Made by a program: the position numbers and the translations under genes
Part shown: positions 55,802 to 64,000 of the stretch, one piece after another
How the letters are laid out: the number at the start of each line of letters is the position of its first letter
Numbering within the stretch: position 1 is the stretch's first letter
Notes under the pieces: model-generated
Told to the model about the DNA's origin: nothing
Database searches by the model: none
The model's input: the letters and a program-made list of their open reading frames with translations, nothing else
IMG/VR virus record: IMGVR_UViG_3300042387_000948
Location: 62,001 to 126,000 of that record
Reading direction: 5' to 3' (one strand)
DNA length: 64,000 nucleotides

Positions 55802-56871
55802 TCTATAATATTTTTAAAAAATTCATTATATTTAGCAACTACCGATTCTTCCGAATTAAATTGTTTTACATAATCCAAATCCATATGGTAGTTATCATTG
55901 TAAAGAATCTCATACAATGCCTTTGCATATTCTTCCGTCCCATCAACTACATATCCATTTTTGCCATCCATCACAATATCTGTTGATATATTAGTTGCAA
56001 ATGATACTAATGGTGTTTCATTCTTAATACATTCAACTGCCATCATAGGGCCGGCATCTGCTAAAGTAGTTAAAGCAAATACATCTGCATTTTTATATAC
56101 TTTTGATAATTCTTTTCTATTTGGTATAAATCCTAAATACTCTACTTTAAATTGAGTATCAATTTCTATTTCCTTACCAATATATTTTATTATAATATCA
56201 TTTGGATTATCTACCATTTTATATAACCACTCTAATACATTTTCAAAATAGCTTTTTCCTTTTCTAAATGTCTTTGGTTGAGTAGTACCCCATAATATTG
56301 TTTTTATTTGATTAATTGGTTTTTTATATTCTATATCAACATCAATTTCTTCAAATGGAAACGGAATAACTTCACACTTAATATTATTTAATAAGCTATT
56401 TTCTAAAACTGATTTCGAATATGATGAACCTACGATTATGGTAGAATCTAAAGATTCATATAAATTTTTTCTTTGTTGAATAATCTCCCCATTCATGTCA
56501 TCTTCTATTTCAGGATAGTGTATTGATGGTGTATTTCCAAATACCCAATGAGTCATTGTTATTATGGCAAATTTACTATTAAATTTCTCACATATCATTT
56601 TTATAATAAAATTTGAAAAATCGTTTCCTGATAAAAATAATAATTTATGTTTTGGTAATACATCTATTAATTCATTGATATTTTTTGCAGATGGTTCTAT
56701 AAATGGTAAAAAATCATCAGCATCAACCTCTATATTAGTATATCTAAACATTGGTAATACTTTTAATCGTATTCCTTTAACATTTTTTAAAGTTTTATAT
56801 AAAATATAGTTTCCACTTACAGAATCACCATAATCTAATATACCACATACTAACAAAACATCACATTCCAT
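55798..56871 (-). CDS. Glycosyltransferase family 4-like
   Basis: RKG, YKNADVF, ECI..TP, DGKNGY. Confidence 0.75.
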   Translation of the reverse strand: MECDVLLVCGILDYGDSVSGNYILYKTLKNVKGIRLKVLPMFRYTNIEVDADDFLPFIEPSAKNINELIDVLPKHKLLFLSGNDFSNFIIKMICEKFNSKFAIITMTHWVFGNTPSIHYPEIEDDMNGEIIQQRKNLYESLDSTIIVGSSYSKSVLENSLLNNIKCEVIPFPFEEIDVDIEYKKPINQIKTILWGTTQPKTFRKGKSYFENVLEWLYKMVDNPNDIIIKYIGKEIEIDTQFKVEYLGFIPNRKELSKVYKNADVFALTTLADAGPMMAVECIKNETPLVSFATNISTDIVMDGKNGYVVDGTEEYAKALYEILYNDNYHMDLDYVKQFNSEESVVAKYNEFFKNIIE

Positions 56872-57631
56872 ATGGCGTAAATTTTATAAGTTTAGATTGT
56901 AGTTTTTTCATAAATGTAATTTCAACATCAGTTCCTCTTTTAGTGTATGTTCTATCGGTTATATTAAAATAACTTATTGTATCATCTACTATTTCTGAAT
57001 TATTTTCTATCCATTGAATTCCGCTTGGTAATTCAAATTGTTCTAATATTTTTTTCTTTTCTCCGTTTGCTGTTAGTGTAAATTGAGGTAACATCCTATC
57101 AGTTAAATCCTTTGCAGGCGCTCCTCCGTAAATATGGTTTGCTTCCATATCTTTTGTAATAACACTACCAACTAAAGCCATAGCACCATCTTCAATTGTT
57201 ACTGGGGATACTATACAATGTCCTACTAACCAAACATCATTTCCAATTACCATTGGTTTTGTGATTTCGGTATAATTACATCCAGCCAATGGGTCACCCC
57301 ATCTAGCATGCGACCATAATTGAGAGTACGCACCCACACCAAAGTTATTTCCAATCGTCATTCCACCAATACTATCAATAATAGTACCTTGTCCAATCCA
57401 AGCATTATGACCTATTTTCATTGGGTTGTATCCGTGAAAATTACAATGATGGTGAACTTTACAATAATCACCTATTTCAAAATCATCTAATATAATTTGA
57501 ACAGAATCTCCAATATATGTATTATCACCAATAACTACTCGTTTAGCATTACCATTTAATCCTCTAATAATTGCTGTTGGTGAAATTACAACATTTTTAC
57601 CCAATATTATTTCGTCAGCTTGTATGTTCAT
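56861..57631 (-). CDS. Hexapeptide-repeat acyltransferase
   Basis: Left-handed beta-helix repeats, GSVITKD..GGAPAK. Confidence 0.85.
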   Translation of the reverse strand: MNIQADEIILGKNVVISPTAIIRGLNGNAKRVVIGDNTYIGDSVQIILDDFEIGDYCKVHHHCNFHGYNPMKIGHNAWIGQGTIIDSIGGMTIGNNFGVGAYSQLWSHARWGDPLAGCNYTEITKPMVIGNDVWLVGHCIVSPVTIEDGAMALVGSVITKDMEANHIYGGAPAKDLTDRMLPQFTLTANGEKKKILEQFELPSGIQWIENNSEIVDDTISYFNITDRTYTKRGTDVEITFMKKLQSKLIKFTPYGM

Positions 57632-58257
57632 TATTCTATAACTTTATTATTTTTGAATACCGTAAATTCAGTTAAATCTCTATAACCATTTAGTTCACCT
57701 TGGTCTGAATTGTGTATTGCTAAGTTTTGGAACATTGCCAATCCATGTGCTGCTTGTTGTGGAGTCATATACATATTCCAACCATTGAATGTGATATCAT
57801 CCTCTTTGTAATACTTTTCACTTCTACCTTCATATCTAGCTTTCTTAAACCAATCAGCTGCCTCAACGTTATCCGTTAGAATCATACCACCTTTCCAAAT
57901 TGGTAATATCTTTTTGATGTGGAATGATAATCCCATAAATGTTCCGGGCATGTACATATCCTTTGTTAATCTCTTAGCCGCATCCCAAATTGGATATGGT
58001 TTTAATTGGTATGCACCTACCCAATGATTCGTTTCAGGTCTCTTATCAAAGATAACTTCACCACCAGCATGTATGATTGATTGTGGTACTGATAGATATG
58101 TTTTAGATGGGATGGTTACTTCTTTAACTTCATTGTACTTACACATTAGAAACAATGCATTAGTACAACTATCAATTGAAATTGCGTAAGGAGCGCCGGT
58201 ATATGCAGCTATTTCCTCTTCGAACATTCTTACTACTTTATATGGATTGTGTAACAT
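57631..58257 (-). CDS. DegT/DnrJ-family PLP aminotransferase (short form)
   Basis: DSCTNAL, DAA, SFHIKK..GG. Confidence 0.8.
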   Translation of the reverse strand: MLHNPYKVVRMFEEEIAAYTGAPYAISIDSCTNALFLMCKYNEVKEVTIPSKTYLSVPQSIIHAGGEVIFDKRPETNHWVGAYQLKPYPIWDAAKRLTKDMYMPGTFMGLSFHIKKILPIWKGGMILTDNVEAADWFKKARYEGRSEKYYKEDDITFNGWNMYMTPQQAAHGLAMFQNLAIHNSDQGELNGYRDLTEFTVFKNNKVIE

Positions 58258-58258
58258 A

Positions 58259-58471
58259 TTATTCTTCTTCTTTAATTATTTCAATGCAAAGTATATTTTT
58301 ATCGTTTACCATTACCAATCTACCATCCTTTGTTTCAAATTTAGTAAACTGCCCTTGCTTAATGGATTCCGTATCTACGTTATTGAATGTCCGTTTCTCA
58401 CCTCCCACAAAGTGTAGTATTTGAGAAACATATTTTCCTTTTTTTGTAATTGAACTTTTTAAGTTTGTCAT
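58259..58471 (-). CDS. Small hypothetical protein
   Basis: ORF between cluster genes. Confidence 0.6.
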   Translation of the reverse strand: MTNLKSSITKKGKYVSQILHFVGGEKRTFNNVDTESIKQGQFTKFETKDGRLVMVNDKNILCIEIIKEEE

Positions 58472-58857
58472 CATTTTTTGAATATTACATATGCTTCTTT
58501 GAATCCACAAGACTTAAAAAGATTCATACTTGCTTCATTACCTAACTTAACTTTACCTTCGGCGGATGGCCATATCTTCATACTTTCCTCAATCATAAAC
58601 TTACCAACTCCCCTCTTTTGGAATGCTGGGTGTACACATATACGAATATCATCATCAATCACACCAATATATCCAACAGGTGCATTATCAATTAATGCTA
58701 TTTTATAATATTTGTAATGAACAGTCATATATGCTTCCTGCATATCTTCGGTGATGTAAGTTGATTTAATAAAACCATCCTTAACTCTTTCATCATTACG
58801 GAGATTTCTAACAAACTCCCAATACTTTTTTGTACAATCTACTAATTCCATACACAT
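58471..58857 (-). CDS. GNAT N-acetyltransferase
   Basis: VHPAFQKRGVG, N.AS..LF..CGF. Confidence 0.85.
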   Translation of the reverse strand: MCMELVDCTKKYWEFVRNLRNDERVKDGFIKSTYITEDMQEAYMTVHYKYYKIALIDNAPVGYIGVIDDDIRICVHPAFQKRGVGKFMIEESMKIWPSAEGKVKLGNEASMNLFKSCGFKEAYVIFKK

Positions 58858-59618
58858 ACTTTTTGAATATCCTGCCCACCTCTATAATTCCAAAATGCTT
58901 GTAAGTAACCTCTTTCCGTTGGCATATCCATCATTGGTGTCAAACAAGTTCCAATATCAACATAAGAGTTTTCAGGAAATTCTTTGAACAATTCATAGAT
59001 TGCCAAATTTGAGAATGTTGAAGCTGAAAATAAGAATAGGTGGTTTTTTATGTTATTATCTCTTATCCAGCTTTTGATGTCTTCAATCTTGCCATAATCG
59101 TTAATCATTGCGTTGTATCCAACTCTAAAATCTTTTATAACAAATGGTAGTTTATCTAAGTTAGCATTTTCATTACATACCATTACTACATTCTTACTAT
59201 AAAAAATAGGTAGGGTTTGAAATATGAATTGAGGATAGTTTCCGTTTACCCATAAATTTGCCCAACTTAAACTCTCATCATCTCCACCATGTAAATCAAT
59301 CTGCCAATCAAATGCTTCCTTACCAACACAACAACTACAACTAATACCTTTGTAGTAATTTGGTTGTTTGTGTTGATATGCTTCTATTAATTTTTGTTGA
59401 TAGAATCCATGCTCTTTTGGGTCATAGTGTTTGAAATCAGGAGCTTGATAAACTCCACCTTGCTTTTCATCCCCAATCTGAATTAGATTTGAGTCTAATA
59501 CCAACTCTTTATTTTGTAAAATATATAATTCACCATCCGAATATCTAGCGAAAGCAAAATGCTCATCGTTTCGTATCATTTCGGTGAATTTGGAAAAATG
59601 CTCTCTAAAGTTCTTCAT
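58842..59618 (-). CDS. Hypothetical protein (GT-D-like)
   Basis: ARYSDGE, DIG motifs. Confidence 0.55.
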   Translation of the reverse strand: MKNFREHFSKFTEMIRNDEHFAFARYSDGELYILQNKELVLDSNLIQIGDEKQGGVYQAPDFKHYDPKEHGFYQQKLIEAYQHKQPNYYKGISCSCCVGKEAFDWQIDLHGGDDESLSWANLWVNGNYPQFIFQTLPIFYSKNVVMVCNENANLDKLPFVIKDFRVGYNAMINDYGKIEDIKSWIRDNNIKNHLFLFSASTFSNLAIYELFKEFPENSYVDIGTCLTPMMDMPTERGYLQAFWNYRGGQDIQKVCVWN

Positions 59619-60603
59619 CTAATATCTTTTTAATTTTTTGTGCAGCTTTACCATCGCCATACGGACAAGTTGTGTAAAGATAAGGTTTTTTTATCAAATT
59701 TCCAAATAAAATCCCTAATTTATTTGGTTCACCACATAAATGTAAATGGCCTGTTTCAATTCCTTCCGGTCTTTCGGTAGTTAATCTACATACAATAACC
59801 TTTTTATTAAAGAATGTACCTTCTTCTTGTAACCCACCACTATCACTTATTACCAAACTACACTCTCTTAGTATTTTCATAGTTTCATCATGCGATAATG
59901 GCTCTACTACACTTACATTTTTAAGTAAGTTTTTGTACTTTTGTACATTTGGATTTGGATGTATTGGTAAGATAAATTCGTAATCTGAATATTCAGTTGC
60001 TAACTTATCAATTTCCTTAAACCACTCTTTCATTATGTGGTGGTTTTCTCTACGATGTAATGTAACTAATATCTTTTTACCATAGGTTGGTGCTTCATAC
60101 TTAGTTAGATTATCCAATACCGTATTTCCTGTCACATAAATTGCACCATTCACACTCTCATCTCTTAGATTCATCTCCGAGCGTTTAGTTGGTGCGAAGT
60201 TTACATCGGAAATCCGTGCAATCATTTGACGATATGCTTCTTCAGGATATGGGTGTTTTAGATTGTGGCTTCTCAACCCAGCTTCCATATAATAGATTTT
60301 GAGTTCTCTATTAAATGCTGCCAATGCACAAGCAAAAGCAGATGCAGTGTCTCCTTGCACCAAAACACCTCTAAAATCTCCATTTGGAAATTGTAATAAG
60401 CAATCACTTACTACACTATCTAAACGATTTGAGTTATCGGATATTTTTATTCGATAATCTACTTGTACATCTTTAAGTAAATCTATATGTTGACCTGTAA
60501 ACAATAAACGATATTCGTTCTTATTCATCAAATCAATTAGTGGTTTTACTTTTAACCATTCAGGTCTAGTACCAAAACATATTAAAATTGGTTTATTTTT
60601 CAT
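59605..60603 (-). CDS. wecB: UDP-N-acetylglucosamine 2-epimerase (non-hydrolysing)
   Basis: GTRPE, TGQH, QGDT, EAGLRS, HRREN, DSGG.QEE, TERPE, YGDG. Confidence 0.92.
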   Translation of the reverse strand: MKNKPILICFGTRPEWLKVKPLIDLMNKNEYRLLFTGQHIDLLKDVQVDYRIKISDNSNRLDSVVSDCLLQFPNGDFRGVLVQGDTASAFACALAAFNRELKIYYMEAGLRSHNLKHPYPEEAYRQMIARISDVNFAPTKRSEMNLRDESVNGAIYVTGNTVLDNLTKYEAPTYGKKILVTLHRRENHHIMKEWFKEIDKLATEYSDYEFILPIHPNPNVQKYKNLLKNVSVVEPLSHDETMKILRECSLVISDSGGLQEEGTFFNKKVIVCRLTTERPEGIETGHLHLCGEPNKLGILFGNLIKKPYLYTTCPYGDGKAAQKIKKILDEEL

Positions 60604-61363
60604 TTACTAATTTCCAGCCTTTTTTACGTTGATTGTGGAAATACTCATTCATTAATTCTTTGAATGGTATTCCATCTATACTTCTTTGATTTGATTCCCA
60701 TAATGAGTTAGCATCACCCCCATAAGTTGGACCTTTAGTGCTACCCCACAATTCTATATCTGAACGAGGGTGTGGTGGTACAAATGTTTTAATACCAGCA
60801 TACTTTTGTAGCATATAAGAAAAGTGCATATCCTCACCGCAAGTGTTATATTTTGGGTCAGGTAACTCTCTGAAGAAATGTGATAACCACTCTTTCTTAA
60901 AGAACCAACTATGCCCTACTAAATCAACTTCTACTTTCTTATCATTGTTACCCAAATCAGGCCAACCAAAACGTAAGTAGTGTTCGTAATAAGATGAATG
61001 TTCTGGTGGTAATGGATTTGGATATAGTAACCCAACAGTTCCCATCAACCCTTCCTCTTCTTGCATTGTGTTCATACAATTTTCCAACCATTTCTTACCA
61101 GGAATAGTATCATCATCAAACACACAAACATAAGGATTTCTTGCATTTATGGCAAAACCAAATCTTGCCCAAACTCCAAAGTTGTAATTACAATAGGCAA
61201 CGGGAACTTCCGTACCAATATCGTAATTAATCAAATCATTATCACCAGGATTGTTATACCATACTAATATCTCATCGGGTGGCAGTGTTTGATTTTTGAG
61301 AGCTTCCATTTGTTCATTTAGATTCTCCCCTCTTTTGTAACCATTTAATATAACTGTTATCAT
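60593..61363 (-). CDS. Glycosyltransferase (GT2-like)
   Basis: FDDD, GED. Confidence 0.75.
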   Translation of the reverse strand: MITVILNGYKRGENLNEQMEALKNQTLPPDEILVWYNNPGDNDLINYDIGTEVPVAYCNYNFGVWARFGFAINARNPYVCVFDDDTIPGKKWLENCMNTMQEEEGLMGTVGLLYPNPLPPEHSSYYEHYLRFGWPDLGNNDKKVEVDLVGHSWFFKKEWLSHFFRELPDPKYNTCGEDMHFSYMLQKYAGIKTFVPPHPRSDIELWGSTKGPTYGGDANSLWESNQRSIDGIPFKELMNEYFHNQRKKGWKLVNEK

Positions 61364-62352
61364 AAGTGTTTTTTTATTCTTTCTGTCCAAACTTTTAATG
61401 AATAGTTTTCTTCGTAGTTTCTTTTTGCCAAAGTACTACAACTATTATAAAAATCTTTATCTTTTGCCAATAATCCAGCCATTGATTTAGCCTTATCTAT
61501 ATTCTTAATATCAATCGATAATACTGAATGACATAATCTTTGTGTATCAACTTCTTCATTACCAATACAAGGTATTCCAAAGTATGCACAATTAAGTGAA
61601 AATGTACCGGCTGCTACCGTTGGCATTAGATGTACTGCGTATTTGTAAGTTGATAATTCTCTCATCCAATCATTCCATATAAGTCTTGGTAAATGATTTA
61701 ATCCATCCATATACTCTTCGTTCTCTCTTTTAGCGTGAGAATCTTGCACCCAAATTGGTACATCAAACTTTTGAGCTACCATATAACTTTCAAACCCACC
61801 ATACCATCTTGCGAAGTTACCTCCAATGATTACCTTATCTTCTTTAGTAGGTACTATATCTTTGACGTAATCATCTATCATAAGTGAATAGATACTTTGT
61901 ACTTCTTTGGTAGGAAATAACCCCTTATAGTAGGGAATATCGGATTCGTTATGGGCAAATATACTATCACATTCGGATAACATATTGTAGAATCCAATTT
62001 GGTCTGAAATTTCATAATCATTCCACCACCAATGCGGTCCTTCTTGCACATAGTGTACTTTATGATTTCCTTTTTCTTTTATTCTCTGAACGATGGATTG
62101 TTGTAATAATTCTGAAATTGGATTGACTCCGTTTACCAATCTACTCCCCTCCGAACTTAAAAAAGTTTTACCTTTTGGAAATATAATAAATACATGGTCA
62201 TAGTTTGTTAGGTTTTTATCCACACCAAACAAATGAATGTTATAGTGGTCAGCATCTAAAGCGTGCATCCAAGCAAACTCCGTTCTCATATTTGGATGAT
62301 TTTCTGGCACTTTACCAACAAAACCCATTTCAGTTAAGAATGCTATTCTCAT
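61360..62352 (-). CDS. Glycosyltransferase-like protein
   Basis: C-terminal AAGTFSLNCAYFGIPCIG; cluster context. Confidence 0.6.
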   Translation of the reverse strand: MRIAFLTEMGFVGKVPENHPNMRTEFAWMHALDADHYNIHLFGVDKNLTNYDHVFIIFPKGKTFLSSEGSRLVNGVNPISELLQQSIVQRIKEKGNHKVHYVQEGPHWWWNDYEISDQIGFYNMLSECDSIFAHNESDIPYYKGLFPTKEVQSIYSLMIDDYVKDIVPTKEDKVIIGGNFARWYGGFESYMVAQKFDVPIWVQDSHAKRENEEYMDGLNHLPRLIWNDWMRELSTYKYAVHLMPTVAAGTFSLNCAYFGIPCIGNEEVDTQRLCHSVLSIDIKNIDKAKSMAGLLAKDKDFYNSCSTLAKRNYEENYSLKVWTERIKKHL

Positions 62353-62981
62353 AGTGTATCGTAATATGCGTTTTGTTTTTCCTGTCTTTCAATTTCTTTG
62401 GGATGATATAGACAGTAATCCTCTTCAGCGGGTAATACTGAAAGTGTGTTATACCCTTTGATTCTTTCGTGTACTTTACCATCCCACTCTATTTCCGATG
62501 TTCTTCGATATAATCTAGTCTGATAATCTGGGAAATTTACCCAACCCTTTTCACTTACATTCCATCCCCATTTTTTAATATGTTTAGGAGTCAATCCACC
62601 AACTGTATTAATACGTGGTACAAAGAAAAGGTCAACATCTTTATTATATTCCAATAAATCGTGTAAATTTTCTATCAAATATTCTGATGGTATTTCATCT
62701 GCATCAATTTGGAAAATGAATATTCCGTTTGCATTATCTTTTAGATTGTTTTTAAAAGATGCAAAATCGTTGTTAAGTGGGTATGATATAACCCTAATGT
62801 TTGTGTTATGTAATTGAGATATAATTAATAAATACTGCTTTACAGCATCGGTAACAGAATCCTCATCATATTGGATTAATATTTCATCATCCGTTTGTAT
62901 TCTTGGATGTAGGAAATTTATTAATTTTGTAATTTCTTCTAACTCATTACAAACAGTAATAGCATAGGTAATATTTATCAT
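62349..62981 (-). CDS. Glycosyltransferase family 2
   Basis: VCNE, IDADE, PDYQ.R, VHE. Confidence 0.85.
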   Translation of the reverse strand: MINITYAITVCNELEEITKLINFLHPRIQTDDEILIQYDEDSVTDAVKQYLLIISQLHNTNIRVISYPLNNDFASFKNNLKDNANGIFIFQIDADEIPSEYLIENLHDLLEYNKDVDLFFVPRINTVGGLTPKHIKKWGWNVSEKGWVNFPDYQTRLYRRTSEIEWDGKVHERIKGYNTLSVLPAEEDYCLYHPKEIERQEKQNAYYDTL

Positions 62982-63087
62982 AACTTATTTTGTATTTTAC
63001 AAAGATACGAATAATTTTTCAATTATCCAAACATCTTTTGTTTTTTATATATGTATATATAAATATAAAGTTTTTGAATAAAACATA

Positions 63088-63122
63088 AAAAAATGGGTAA
63101 CTTTTTTCAAAATTACCCATCT
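63088..63122 (-). terminator. Intrinsic terminator
   Basis: ATGGGTAA..TTACCCAT followed by T-run. Confidence 0.65.
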
Positions 63123-63140
63123 TATTTTTCTTATGTTATT

Positions 63141-64000
63141 TTAGTAGAACGGATTCCAATCTAATCCATCATACACATACGGTTTTGGTGTTGGTGAACC
63201 ACTCATAATCAAACTACCAGTTACCGATGGAGTTGGTTTATTACCTACATATTGTGTTAATACTAAAATATTATTTATGTGTAAAGAACCTGATGCTTCT
63301 AAATAAAATACGTTAGGAGATATTACCGCACCACCTGCACCTTCTACATATGTAAAAACACCCCCATTAGTTGTACCGATTGTAGCAACAGACGTACCAG
63401 AACTACCAGAAGTACCGCTTGTACCAGATGTTCCACTTGTACCAGGTAATCCACTAGTTCCATTAAATCCAGATGAACCGGATGTACCATCCGAACCAAA
63501 CCCATTTGTACCATTTGTACCATTTAAACCAGATGTACCAGATGTACCATTACTACCAATACCATTAGTACCATTTGTTCCAGATGAACCGGATGTACCA
63601 GAAGTACCAGCTGCACCAAAAAATCCATTTATACCAGATGAACCTGAAGTTCCTGATGTACCAGTAGAACCAGTTCCACCAGTCACACCACTACTACCAG
63701 ATGTACCAGATGTACCAGATGTACCAGATGTACCAGTAGAACCAGTTCCACTTGTTCCAGAAGTTCCACTTGTTCCAGAAGTACCAGCTCCGCTTGTTCC
63801 AGAAGTTCCACTTGTTCCAGAAGTTCCAGAAGTTCCAAAGTTAGTACCATCTAATCCACTAGTACCACTTGTTCCAGACGTTCCTCGTGTACCACTACTT
63901 CCAGAAGAACCAGAAGTTCCAGAAGTTCCAGAAGTTCCAGAAGTACCGGCAGTACCAGAAGTTCCAGAAGTACCGGCAGTGCCAGCAGTACCCGTTGTAC
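63141..64000 (-). CDS. Gly-Thr-Ser (GTS) collagen-like repeat protein, 5'-partial
   Basis: G-X-Y triplet repeats continue to the window edge. Confidence 0.8.
   Translation of the reverse strand, partial: TTGTAGTAGTSGTSGTAGTSGTSGTSGTSGSSGSSGTRGTSGTSGTSGLDGTNFGTSGTSGTSGTSGTSGAGTSGTSGTSGTSGTGSTGTSGTSGTSGTSGSSGVTGGTGSTGTSGTSGSSGINGFFGAAGTSGTSGSSGTNGTNGIGSNGTSGTSGLNGTNGTNGFGSDGTSGSSGFNGTSGLPGTSGTSGTSGTSGSSGTSVATIGTTNGGVFTYVEGAGGAVISPNVFYLEASGSLHINNILVLTQYVGNKPTPSVTGSLIMSGSPTPKPYVYDGLDWNPFY

Noticed and set aside
221-61267. Plus-strand ORFs in the track
   Set aside because: They are antisense shadows of well-supported minus-strand genes or tRNAs and show no recognisable motifs.

Overview
This 64 kb window is an AT-rich segment of a large (jumbo-type) tailed phage genome, with essentially all genes on the minus strand. 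A Bacteroidota host is inferred from repeated TTTG/TTAG-N-TAnnTTTG promoters and from DUF4494- and DUF4884-like genes. Layout: 0.1-8.7 kb small accessory genes plus a metallophosphoesterase, SET-like protein, flavin halogenase, methyltransferase and YkuK-type RNase H-like protein; 8.7-15.7 kb an RNA island with about 24 recognisable tRNAs (every amino acid represented if the CAU or an aberrant GAU tRNA serves Ile), about 7 aberrant tRNA-like RNAs, a ~840 nt GOLLD-like RNA, several smaller structured RNAs and rrn-type boxA sites; 15.7-36 kb auxiliary genes (heme oxygenase plus PcyA-like bilin reductase, glycosyltransferases, SOD, FolE, MoxR AAA/vWA pair, YbaN, CysC-like); 36-46 kb probable virion proteins (S8 protease, fibre paralogues, 'MIKL..E' proteins); 46-63 kb a ~20-gene glycosylation cluster; then a partial Gly-Thr-Ser repeat protein. 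The most striking element is a candidate pan-codon attenuator. A 44-codon leader ORF (14167-14033) uses all 20 amino acids within 33 codons and overlaps a mutually exclusive antiterminator/terminator pair directly in front of the tRNA array. It looks like a sensor that turns on phage tRNA transcription when any host tRNA becomes limiting. Family calls are from motif recognition by eye; no searches were run.
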